A DNA stretch of 26,875 bases from Patescibacteria group bacterium (GCA_018816925.1 JAHIUP010000043.1:1-26875), one strand, 5' to 3'. Numbered from the stretch's first letter, positions 18,758 through 26,718 are shown. Numbers and translations are program-made. Notes: generated by a model from the letters alone, not told the origin.

Positions 18758-18806
18758 GCGGGTATCCTGCTTAGTTGAGTAATCCCACGCGTTTGAGGTT
18801 AAATAT

Positions 18807-18846
18807 GTATTTCACTTTTTTGACGATCGTCAAAAAAGTGAAATAC
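18807..18846. repeat. Perfect 40-bp palindrome 5 nt past the stop of the PaaX/Cas2-like gene
   Basis: GTATTTCACTTTTTTGACGA|TCGTCAAAAAAGTGAAATAC; possibly also a bidirectional terminator. Confidence 0.95.
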
Positions 18847-18851
18847 TAGAG

Positions 18852-19403
18852 TTAGAGCCCAAAGTGGTTTTTAAGATCTTTATCAGAGTCGATGTTACTT
18901 ACGGCAAGAAAACGAAGCTCTCTGCTGAAGTGCTTCTTATAGAGAGAAAGGAGCTCTTGGAGTTCTTTTGAGACATCAAAGGGAAACACCCAGACGCTTT
19001 TTTGAAGTTCCGCAAAGCCAATATATTTGAGTTGATTTCTTAGAAAATTGCGATCTTTTCGTGAAATCTCTGGGATGTCAAAAATTACTACAAACCACAA
19101 ACCGTTCCATGGCTTTGTGGTGAGAAGGTGAGCAAGCCGATAGCGATAGAGTGCGAGCTGCCCTAACGGCGTGAGTTTGAGATAAGAATTCCCCCCTCGT
19201 TTTCTTTGTGAGAGAAGACCGCGTTTTTTTAGACGATGCATCTCAAGAGAGAGACGCTGAGAAGGAAACGGCTTGTCGAGATGTTCTTTGACCTGTCTCC
19301 AATTGCGTGGGGGATTGAGTAGTATTTCTCCGGTGCCGATTACCACGTCAAACATACGCGTAAGGATTTCGTAGCCGACGGTGTTAAGATGAAGCTTTTG
19401 CAT
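18852..19403 (-). CDS. PaaX-like protein: winged-helix N-terminus plus Cas2-like domain (orphan; no cas1 or array in the window)
   Basis: LSLEMHRLKKRGLL......YLKLTPLG (wHTH wing) followed by WNGLWFVVIFDIPE..RKDRNFLRNQLK.IGFAELQKSVWVFPFD. ATG 19403 is preferred because of the -10 box upstream. Confidence 0.75.
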   Translation of the reverse strand: MQKLHLNTVGYEILTRMFDVVIGTGEILLNPPRNWRQVKEHLDKPFPSQRLSLEMHRLKKRGLLSQRKRGGNSYLKLTPLGQLALYRYRLAHLLTTKPWNGLWFVVIFDIPEISRKDRNFLRNQLKYIGFAELQKSVWVFPFDVSKELQELLSLYKKHFSRELRFLAVSNIDSDKDLKNHFGL

Positions 19404-19410
19404 TAGATTT

Positions 19411-19439
19411 ATTATATCAAAAGTATGACGATCGTCATA
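19411..19439 (-). promoter_or_regulatory. Promoter (TATAAT 7 nt before the ATG) with a 16-bp palindrome over the -35 region
   Basis: The minus strand reads TATGACGATCGTCATA-CTTTTGA-TATAAT-AAATCTA-ATG. Confidence 0.65.
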
Positions 19440-19471
19440 GTTGTGCAATGGAAGAGATGGGCCTAATGGGT

Positions 19472-20461
19472 CTAGCTTAGGAGCCCCACACGCTCTCGCA
19501 CCTCTTCTATTGTGGGCTCCGCTAACGAGCGCGCCTTCCTTGCTCCTCTCTTAAGGAGTTCTTGTATGTAGGCCTCTCTGCGCTCAAGCTCCCTCTTTTT
19601 CTTGCGTAGGGGTTCGGAAAAGGAAACCGCGAGTTCCGCAAGTTCCCTTTTGAAAGGCGCGTACCCCTTTCCTTTAAATCTTTTCTCTATGGAAGCGATG
19701 GATTCCCCGCTCATAAGAGAATGGAGGACGAGAAGGTTGGAGACGCCTGGCTTCTTTGCGGGGCTGTAGCGTATTTCCTTGCCCGCGTCCGTGGTGGCCC
19801 CCATAATATTCCTGCGTATGTGTTCGGGGTCTTCAAAGGGAGATACCCTTCCTTTGGGGTTAGGGTCGGATTTGGACATCTTCTTTTTGGGGTCAACGAG
19901 CGACATAATCTTCGCCCCTTCTTTCTCCGAGCTCACGAGGGCCGCGGGTTCCTTGAAGGTTTGCCCGAAGGTACTGTTGAATTTACGGGCCATGGTTCGC
20001 GTAAACTCCAGGTGCTGTACCTGGTCTTTGCCCACAGGAACGGCGTCCGTTTGGTAGAGCAGGATGTCTGAAGCCATCAGCGCGGGATAGGTAAGGAGCC
20101 CCGCGTTCACGCCGCTCTTCTGGGTTTTTCCCTTTTCCTTGTACTGGGTCATGCGCTCGAGTTCACCTAGGGGCGCGATGGTCTGGAGAATCCAGGCGAG
20201 CTCTGTGTGCTCTTTCACGTGCGACTGTACGAACAGCGTACATCGCTCCGGATCCAGGCCAGAGGCAATGAGCTCCATAACCTTGTTAAGAGTGGCCTTA
20301 CGGAGCTCTTTGGGATTCTGTGGCACGGTAAGCGCATGGAGGTCCACTACTGGGAAGAGACATTCGTGCTTTGTCTGCATGTCTTTCCAGCGGCGCACCG
20401 CTCCCAGGTAGTTCCCCAGGTGCATGATTCCTGTTGGTTGAATGCCGCTTAGTATCCTCAT
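19472..20461 (-). CDS. trpS: Tryptophan--tRNA ligase
   Basis: MRILSGIQPTG.MHLGNYLGA (HIGH-type), YPALMASDILLY, VPVGKDQVQHLE, KMSKS. Confidence 0.98.
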   Translation of the reverse strand: MRILSGIQPTGIMHLGNYLGAVRRWKDMQTKHECLFPVVDLHALTVPQNPKELRKATLNKVMELIASGLDPERCTLFVQSHVKEHTELAWILQTIAPLGELERMTQYKEKGKTQKSGVNAGLLTYPALMASDILLYQTDAVPVGKDQVQHLEFTRTMARKFNSTFGQTFKEPAALVSSEKEGAKIMSLVDPKKKMSKSDPNPKGRVSPFEDPEHIRRNIMGATTDAGKEIRYSPAKKPGVSNLLVLHSLMSGESIASIEKRFKGKGYAPFKRELAELAVSFSEPLRKKKRELERREAYIQELLKRGARKARSLAEPTIEEVRERVGLLS

Positions 20462-20468
20462 ACCTTCT

Positions 20469-22232
20469 TTATACTTCAATAATGACGGGGAGAACAATGG
20501 GACGCCGCTCGGTCTTTTTGAAGAGGAACTCGCCTACCTGGTTGCGCACATTGTCCCTGACGTACACCCAGTTTACGGCTCCTCCCGCGACCGAGGACTT
20601 ATTCACGACGTCCACGGTGAGACGGCGCACCTCCCTTAGAAGTTCTTTGGATTCCCTTAGGTAGATGAACCCCCTGGAGATAATGTCGGGAGACCCGCGC
20701 ACGGTGCCCGATTGCCGGTCCACCACCGCCACGATGACGAACATGCCTTCCGCGGCGAGATTCTGCCGGTCTCGAAGCACCACCTCTCCCACGTCTCCCA
20801 CTCCGAGCCCGTCTACCATAATGTAGTTTGCGGGTACGGAGTCCTTCTCTTTGCCAATGGCGGTTTTACTGAGGGTGATGACGTTTCCATTTTCCGCGAC
20901 CATGATGTTCTTGGAGGGGATGCTCATTTCTTCCGCGAGCCGCGCGTGGTTCACGAGCATGGAGTATTGCCCGTGAATTGGCATGAAGAATTTGGGCTGG
21001 AGGAATTGTATAGTTTCTTTCAATTCTTCCTGGCCCGCGTGCCCGGAGGCGTGTATGTCCATCATCTTGTAGTGGAACACGGCGGTGCCCTGTCGGTAGA
21101 GCTGGTCTTTCACGAACTGCACGGTGCGCTCGTTGCCCGGAATGACGGAGGAGGAGAAAATGACAGTATCTCCCTTCTGAAGCTTGAGGAAGCGATGCTC
21201 TCCCGTGATGATGCGCATGAGCATGGCGCGTTCCTCGCCCTGGGCTCCCGTGCCCATGATGGTAATCTTGGAGTCCGGATACTTACTTACATCTTGCGCC
21301 TTTATAAGGGTGCCCGCTTTCGCTTTCAGATAACCAAGCTTCTGTGCGATTTCTACGTTCATGCGCATGGTGTGGCCTTCCACTATCACCCGTCTTCCGT
21401 GGCGCTCCGAGAGCGTGATAACCTGCTGGATCCTGTTGAGGAGGGAGGCGAAGGTTGCAGTAATAATTCTTCCTTTCGTCTGCTGGAAAATTTCCTCAAG
21501 GTTTTCCATGATGGTTTGCTCGGAGAGCGAGCGCGCGGGTTCCTCCGCGTGCGTGGAATCCGACATCAGGAGGAGGGGTTTTTCTTTTCCTATCTTTTTG
21601 AGGCGCTCGTAGTCCGTGGGAGGTTCATTCACTGGATTGTCGTCAAACTTGAAGTCCGAAGTGTGCACAATCGTTCCCAGCTGCGTTCGGATGATGTAGC
21701 CGAAGTTGTCCATGATATTGTGGTTCTGGCGGAAGGGTTCTATCTCGAAGGGGCCCAAGTGGAAGGATTTTCCGTTCTGAATAGTGGTGATGCGGAGCTT
21801 GGGGTGGTTCGGGAATTCCGCCTGTCTCTTAAGGATGATGGCTTTTGAGAGCGGCGCCGCGAACATGGGAGGATTGCCGATCCATCCCATGAGGTAGGGA
21901 ATCGCCCCGATATGGTCGTAGTGCCCGTGTGTAATGAGGAGTCCCACGATATCTCGCGCCCTGCCCTTGAGCGATATGATATTAGGGATGATGTAGTCAA
22001 TGCCCGGCATGTCTTCTTCTGGCATGCGCAGTCCCATGTCAATAATCAGAATCTTGCCCTGGTACTCCAGAGCCATCATGTTGCGGCCTACCTCCCCAAG
22101 CCCTCCCAGGGGAATGATACGCATTTCCTTGGTGGACTGGAGGGGTTTGAGCTGGAAGGAAGGGCCGTTTTCTTGTCCCATGGGCATTGGGCTTCTGGGG
22201 CGTTGCTTCTGCTGTTGTCGTTGTTGTGTCAT
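20469..22232 (-). CDS. rnj: Ribonuclease J
   Basis: IIPLGGLGEVGRNM, THGHYDHIG, HTSDFKFD, HASGH, FMPIHG, RGFIYLRES, RRPIVLPVIIEV. Confidence 0.97.
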   Translation of the reverse strand: MTQQRQQQKQRPRSPMPMGQENGPSFQLKPLQSTKEMRIIPLGGLGEVGRNMMALEYQGKILIIDMGLRMPEEDMPGIDYIIPNIISLKGRARDIVGLLITHGHYDHIGAIPYLMGWIGNPPMFAAPLSKAIILKRQAEFPNHPKLRITTIQNGKSFHLGPFEIEPFRQNHNIMDNFGYIIRTQLGTIVHTSDFKFDDNPVNEPPTDYERLKKIGKEKPLLLMSDSTHAEEPARSLSEQTIMENLEEIFQQTKGRIITATFASLLNRIQQVITLSERHGRRVIVEGHTMRMNVEIAQKLGYLKAKAGTLIKAQDVSKYPDSKITIMGTGAQGEERAMLMRIITGEHRFLKLQKGDTVIFSSSVIPGNERTVQFVKDQLYRQGTAVFHYKMMDIHASGHAGQEELKETIQFLQPKFFMPIHGQYSMLVNHARLAEEMSIPSKNIMVAENGNVITLSKTAIGKEKDSVPANYIMVDGLGVGDVGEVVLRDRQNLAAEGMFVIVAVVDRQSGTVRGSPDIISRGFIYLRESKELLREVRRLTVDVVNKSSVAGGAVNWVYVRDNVRNQVGEFLFKKTERRPIVLPVIIEV

Positions 22233-22282
22233 ATATATGTGTATTATTTGTGTTGTGTTGAGCGTGCCCAGGGCGAGACTCG

Positions 22283-22343
22283 GGGAGTCATTCGACGGGG
22301 CGCCCTATCGCACTTGTCCTGTCGGATGACGGGGCGAACTCCC
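22283..22343 (-). ncRNA. Candidate structured RNA leader upstream of rnj
   Basis: Closing stem GGGAGTT/GACTCCC encloses two copies of CGCCCC-GTC-N4-GAC. No family assignment. Confidence 0.35.
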
Positions 22344-22373
22344 ATTTCTTATCTGTATAATTCTGTATAATTG

Positions 22374-22455
22374 TGCCCTCGGTGGGATTCGAACCCACAA
22401 GCCTTGCGGCATATGATCCTGAATCATACGCGTATACCAGTTCCGCCACGAGGGC
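22374..22455 (-). tRNA. tRNA-Leu(CAG)
   Basis: Acceptor GCCCTCG/CGAGGGC, D-arm GCGGAACTGGTATACGC, anticodon arm TATGA-TTCAGGA-TCATA, long variable arm, T-loop GTTCGAAT. CCA is not encoded. Confidence 0.95.
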
Positions 22456-22480
22456 AATTATACGAGGTTTCATCGTTATC

Positions 22481-24454
22481 CTACTTCCCCACTCGCTTCG
22501 TTTCCACGTACCAATTCTCCGCGCCGTCGAAGCGATGGGAAGGGTCTCCTATGAGATGTGCATTTACTCCTTTGACCTTTTGGGGAAGCTCGTAGGAGTA
22601 CGGGATGTCGTACAGGAAGAGCGCGGGAGCGTCTGAGAGGATTTCCTCCTGGAGCTCCTCAAGCGTTTCCTTCCGTTTCTCTTCTCCGCTTTCCTGGCGG
22701 AGGGCTTCGAGGAGGCGGTCCACGTTCTTGTTCTCGTACACCGAGAGATTCAATCCCGGGTCTTGCCCCTGCGAGGAGTGCCAGAAGGGAAATGGATCAG
22801 GCGTGACTCCGAGAATTTCCCCGAATAGGAGCATCTCGTAGTTTCTTTCCTTGAGTACTTCTCTTGTGAAGTCCGGGGAAGGGGAACTGGAGAGTATGAT
22901 GCGAATTCCAAGTTCTTCCCATTGGGCCTTCAGGTTTTCTGCCACCTTTTCCAAGAGCGGGTGTTCGGGGAACGAGAGTGTGAGGCGCAGGGGCGTTGTT
23001 TCCCCCTGGGATTCTCCACATATCTCATTGAGCTTCGTCCTTGTGGAGGGTCCCACGGTTCCCGTGCCTTTCTTCAGCCCTTCGGGAGCGAGTATCTCTG
23101 AAGCGTACTTCTCTTGGAAACGCACCACCGCTTCCTTGGTGAGGGGACCAAAGTATCCAGAAACCGTGCCTTCCTCGTAGAGCGCAGGGTCCTGGGAGAG
23201 ACATTCCTGGAGCCGCCGCACCTCTTCTCCTGTAGAGCCCGTTACGAGACGGCTCTGGAAGTTTGTGGGAGGAGCGGGAGGTAGAACGATTCCCCCCTCT
23301 GTTTTGACAAATCCTTCCTGCTCTAGCAAGGCGAGGGCGCGGGCGGGATCAAATTCTTGAGGGTGTTCAGGGGCCGAGATTTCAAATAAGGAAGGGAGGA
23401 CCGGAGAGCAGACCTGCCGCGCCTTTCCTCCGAAGACCTGTTCAATAAGTCGGGACTTGTCTATGGAGGAGCGTAGCGCCTCCCTCACGTTATCTTCCTC
23501 GATACTGCCTTTGCTTGAAAGATTAAAGAACACGGCAAAGTATCTTGGGAGGGTAAAATCATATACTTCTCCTCTTTGGGGAAAGGGTTCCCCGTAAGAG
23601 GGGATTGCGAAGCTCTCCACTTCCCGGCGCCCGACTGCTTTCCTTAGCTCTTCTTGGGTATCGTAGAATTTGAAGGTGAGGCGTTCCAGAAAGGGAGGGC
23701 GCAGGGTGTGGGGGTTTGACTTGAGGGTTATCTCCCTGACGGCTCCCGACTTCTTGTCTTGGTGTACGGCGGTTACCTGGTAGGGGCCCGTGCCCACGGG
23801 CTGGAGATTGAAACCGGAGAGCGGAAGATTTTCCATAGATACGTTCTTCCAGATGTGGGCGGGAAGCAGGGGAAGCGTGAGGCGTTCCAGAAAGGGAGCG
23901 TAGGGGTCCTGAAGCTCAAAGCGCACACGCATGCTTGAGAGCTTCTGTACGTTTACCCCTATCCAATTGGCTCTCACCGAGCTTTTGGAGGCGGGGTCCT
24001 GGATGGTCGCTATCGTGAACACCACGTCGTCTGCGCTGAAAGGAGCTCCATCCTGCCACTTTACTCCTTCTTTGAGCTCTACCTCGTAGAATCTTCCCTC
24101 TCCTTGCACGGTCACACGCTCTGCCAGGTCTGGCACGAGCTCCCCTGTTTCCGTGAATCGGAAGAGGCCAGAGTACACGAGGCGTACGAGGTCGCGGTCC
24201 ACGTCGTTCGCTTCCGCGTATAGTGGGTTGAGGAAGCGTGGACTTCCCACCATGCCTTCCGTGAGTTGACCTCCAATTGAAGGAATCTCTATAGTGACTG
24301 TCTCGTACAAGGCGCGCAGTAGGAGGACGCCGGAACTTATCAGCACGAGCGCGAGAACGGCAACAAGCATACGTTCCTTGCGGGGAAGTAATTGGGGAAG
24401 TTGCTGCCATTGCGCAAACGAAGGCAGGTTCTTGAGAAATTTAGGTTTTCTCAC
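22481..24454 (-). CDS. Family-5 (OppA/DppA-like) solute-binding protein with N-terminal TM anchor and inserted peptidoglycan-binding domain
   Basis: GSPRFLNPLYA...LVYSGLF...LVPDLAE...WQDGAPFSADDVVFT, PVGTGPY, PFPFWHSSQ...LNLSVY.N. Insert GSTGEEVRRLQ..L...SGYFGPLTKEAVVRFQ...TGTVGPSTR.KLN lies at about 23020-23262. Confidence 0.85.
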   Translation of the reverse strand: MRKPKFLKNLPSFAQWQQLPQLLPRKERMLVAVLALVLISSGVLLLRALYETVTIEIPSIGGQLTEGMVGSPRFLNPLYAEANDVDRDLVRLVYSGLFRFTETGELVPDLAERVTVQGEGRFYEVELKEGVKWQDGAPFSADDVVFTIATIQDPASKSSVRANWIGVNVQKLSSMRVRFELQDPYAPFLERLTLPLLPAHIWKNVSMENLPLSGFNLQPVGTGPYQVTAVHQDKKSGAVREITLKSNPHTLRPPFLERLTFKFYDTQEELRKAVGRREVESFAIPSYGEPFPQRGEVYDFTLPRYFAVFFNLSSKGSIEEDNVREALRSSIDKSRLIEQVFGGKARQVCSPVLPSLFEISAPEHPQEFDPARALALLEQEGFVKTEGGIVLPPAPPTNFQSRLVTGSTGEEVRRLQECLSQDPALYEEGTVSGYFGPLTKEAVVRFQEKYASEILAPEGLKKGTGTVGPSTRTKLNEICGESQGETTPLRLTLSFPEHPLLEKVAENLKAQWEELGIRIILSSSPSPDFTREVLKERNYEMLLFGEILGVTPDPFPFWHSSQGQDPGLNLSVYENKNVDRLLEALRQESGEEKRKETLEELQEEILSDAPALFLYDIPYSYELPQKVKGVNAHLIGDPSHRFDGAENWYVETKRVGK

Positions 24455-24479
24455 AGGAAGATGAAGCAGGAGGAGCTAG

Positions 24480-24698
24480 CTATATGATGAGCTGGAGAAT
24501 TGCCAGCCCAATAAAGATACCACCCAAGGCAATAGTGACACAGTAGAGTTTCCGTTCCACGCCTCTTCGTCCCGCAGAAAAACCCCCGCCGCTTCCTCCG
24601 AATGCGGATCCAAGGGCGGCGCCCCGCTGCTGCAAGAGGACGGATGCGATAAGGAGTACGGAAACGGCTGTCTGAACAAGCGAAAGAGAAAATTCCAT
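24480..24698 (-). CDS. secG: Preprotein translocase subunit SecG
   Basis: LIASVLLQQRGAALGSAFGGSGGGF...RRGVERKL...T; two TM helices; start at ATG 24698. Confidence 0.9.
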   Translation of the reverse strand: MEFSLSLVQTAVSVLLIASVLLQQRGAALGSAFGGSGGGFSAGRRGVERKLYCVTIALGGIFIGLAILQLII

Positions 24699-24706
24699 GG
24701 GGATTA

Positions 24707-25057
24707 CTATGCGTTTTTCCAGAGAAGGGAGAGTACGACAGAGGAGGCCCATACGATAAGGGCGACTCCGAACAGGGGAATGATTCCTTCGATAACGAGC
24801 TCGGGGAACAAGATATCAAGACCCCAGACAAGGGCCGCCATGATGAGGAGGCCGGAAAGTCCAAGGGTAAGAAGGCGGATGGGGAACGTGACGAGATTCA
24901 GCACGGGTTTGAGTACGGCATTCCCGAGTCCGAGTACCACGCCCGCCGCGACAAGTATGGGGAGATCCCCCGTAAAGAGTACGCCTTCGAGAAAGCGGTT
25001 TGCTATCCATAAGCCCCCGATGGCGGCTACAATCTGGATAAGGAAGTTACGGAGCAT
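24707..25057 (-). CDS. 4-TM membrane protein of the putative holin superfamily IV (YvlD-like)
   Basis: VLGLGNAVLKPVLNLVTFPIRLLTLGL family motif; four hydrophobic segments. Confidence 0.8.
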   Translation of the reverse strand: MLRNFLIQIVAAIGGLWIANRFLEGVLFTGDLPILVAAGVVLGLGNAVLKPVLNLVTFPIRLLTLGLSGLLIMAALVWGLDILFPELVIEGIIPLFGVALIVWASSVVLSLLWKNA

Positions 25058-25089
25058 TAGGAGGAGTATACCATGGGGAAACGCGAGCG

Positions 25090-26367
25090 TCAACCTTCCC
25101 TCTTGCCCATGAGTTTCCTATGGTAGCTGATGGCGAATCGGTGGGCTTCGTCTCTCGCGCGCATGAGGAGGTTTCGAACTCCAGGAGAAACATCCTTCAA
25201 GAGCACGGGCTTCTTTTTTCCGGGCAAGAAGAGCTCGTTGTGCTGTTTTGCGAGGGCTACCACCGCAGGCAATCCTTGCTTGGAATATTGCTCCCAAGAA
25301 CCGTCCCTCAAGCGCTCCAGCGCGCGCAAGGCGGCTCCCAACTGACCCTTGCCTCCGTCCATGAGCATGAGGTCGGGGAGCCGCCACTCGGGATGGCGTA
25401 GGCGGCGGGAGATAAGTTCTTCTATCATGGCGACGTCGTTGGGCTTGCCCGTGAGGCGCATACGGAACTTCCGGTACCCGCTCTTTTCCGGTTTTCCGTC
25501 CCGGAAGAGTACAAGGGAGCCGGTTGCCTCTACTCCCTGGATGTTGGAGATGTCGTAGGCCTCAATGAGGGAGACCTTTTTGCCGACCCCGAGAAGTTGC
25601 TGGAGTTCTTCGGACGGGGAGAAAGCGGATTCCGGGAAGGATTCGCTGGGAACTCCGATAATGCGTCCGTGGGAGGCGATGCGTTCAAGGGCGAGTGCCT
25701 GGTCTCGAAGCGTACCAGCCCTCTCAAAGAGCTTTTTTTTGCTCGCTTCTTTCATTTCCCTCTTGATGCGGGAAAGCACGGTCCCTCTTTTCCCCTGGAG
25801 TACGGATTTGAGACGCTTTAGGTTCTTTTTGTATGCCGCAGCGTTTGGAGCGGGTCCCGGGCAGAGTCCCAGGTGGCAGGAGGCGCAGGGAAGCGCGGGG
25901 TGCGGTGTCCTTGTGTAATAGGGGAACACGCTTCGGAGGAGACGAAGCGTCAGCTTGAGCGCCCTTCCATCTACAAAGGGCCCGAGGTACTCGGTATCTT
26001 TCTCGGAGTGCGGCTGGTGAGTAAGGAACACGCGGGGGAGTTTTTCTTTGGTGAGCCCCACGTAGAAATACTTTTTGTCATCCCGCCACATGACATTATA
26101 GCGGGGCAGTTCCCTCTTGATGAGTGCGGACTCCAAGAGGAGCGCCTCAATGTCGGAAGGGGTGTTTTGGTATCCCACACGGCTTACTTTCTCAATAAAC
26201 AGAAGGTCTCTGGAGGTGGGGCGCGTAAAGTGGCTGAGCACCCTGCGGCGCAGATTGGAGGCCTTGCCAATATACAGAACTTCTTTCTTTGAAGAAAGCT
26301 TGTACACGCCGGGTTCCTTGGGGAGAGCGGAGAGCTTATCTTTGGGGAGAAAACGGAACTGCCTCAT
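25090..26367 (-). CDS. uvrC: Excinuclease ABC subunit C-like protein lacking the C-terminal HhH domain
   Basis: GIY-YIG (PGVY...LYIGKASNLRRRV.SHF), LPRYNV, UVR coil (MKEAS....FERAG.LRD), IEAYDISN, DGGKGQ, RDEAHRFA. The start may be 26367 or 26403. Confidence 0.88.
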   Translation of the reverse strand: MRQFRFLPKDKLSALPKEPGVYKLSSKKEVLYIGKASNLRRRVLSHFTRPTSRDLLFIEKVSRVGYQNTPSDIEALLLESALIKRELPRYNVMWRDDKKYFYVGLTKEKLPRVFLTHQPHSEKDTEYLGPFVDGRALKLTLRLLRSVFPYYTRTPHPALPCASCHLGLCPGPAPNAAAYKKNLKRLKSVLQGKRGTVLSRIKREMKEASKKKLFERAGTLRDQALALERIASHGRIIGVPSESFPESAFSPSEELQQLLGVGKKVSLIEAYDISNIQGVEATGSLVLFRDGKPEKSGYRKFRMRLTGKPNDVAMIEELISRRLRHPEWRLPDLMLMDGGKGQLGAALRALERLRDGSWEQYSKQGLPAVVALAKQHNELFLPGKKKPVLLKDVSPGVRNLLMRARDEAHRFAISYHRKLMGKREG

Positions 26368-26418
26368 ATATGTAATCTTGGTTTGGAGGGACCGAATCTG
26401 CAAGGGGAAGGAAAGCGG

Positions 26419-26445
26419 AAGCGGGTCGCGATGACCCGCTTTTTG
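26419..26445. terminator. Terminator-like hairpin
   Basis: AAGCGGGTC-GCGAT-GACCCGCTT followed by TTT on the plus strand. Confidence 0.45.
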
Positions 26446-26465
26446 CTTCTTTCATTTTCATCAAA

Positions 26466-26669
26466 TCAAAAGAAGATTGTTCGAAAAAAACCTCCAATGC
26501 TGCCGAGTACGCACGTGAGCCCAAGAAAGGTGCGTACCTGGTTTCCTTCGGATTGAAGGTGAAGGGCTGTCATCACGAGTATGATGAGTAGACTAAGAAT
26601 GAAGCCGTTGCATAATCCTTTTATGAAACGCCGCTCACACGTTTTCATGGACACCCTCCTTTTTAGCAA
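26466..26669 (-). CDS. Small hypothetical two-TM membrane protein
   Basis: 67-aa ORF filling the uvrC-uvrA gap, with two hydrophobic segments; no recognisable family. Confidence 0.4.
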   Translation of the reverse strand: MLKRRVSMKTCERRFIKGLCNGFILSLLIILVMTALHLQSEGNQVRTFLGLTCVLGSIGGFFRTIFF

Positions 26670-26718
26670 AACCTAAGTTTAACGTACCATAGGATTTTTC
26701 TTTTTGCAACTTGAGGCC

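Noticed and set aside
18807-19442. CRISPR-Cas locus suggested by the Cas2-like domain and palindromic repeats
   Set aside because: Only two palindromes, of different lengths and 600 bp apart; no repeat-spacer periodicity and no cas1 or effector genes in the window.
22258-22343. ZMP/ZTP riboswitch, suggested by the CGCCCTGGGCA ending
   Set aside because: The 5' conserved elements of that class were not found, and rnj is not a purine or folate gene; kept only as an unassigned structured leader.
24707-25057. Prophage, suggested by the holin-family annotation
   Set aside because: This 4-TM family is a common chromosomal membrane protein; no endolysin, integrase or virion genes are nearby.
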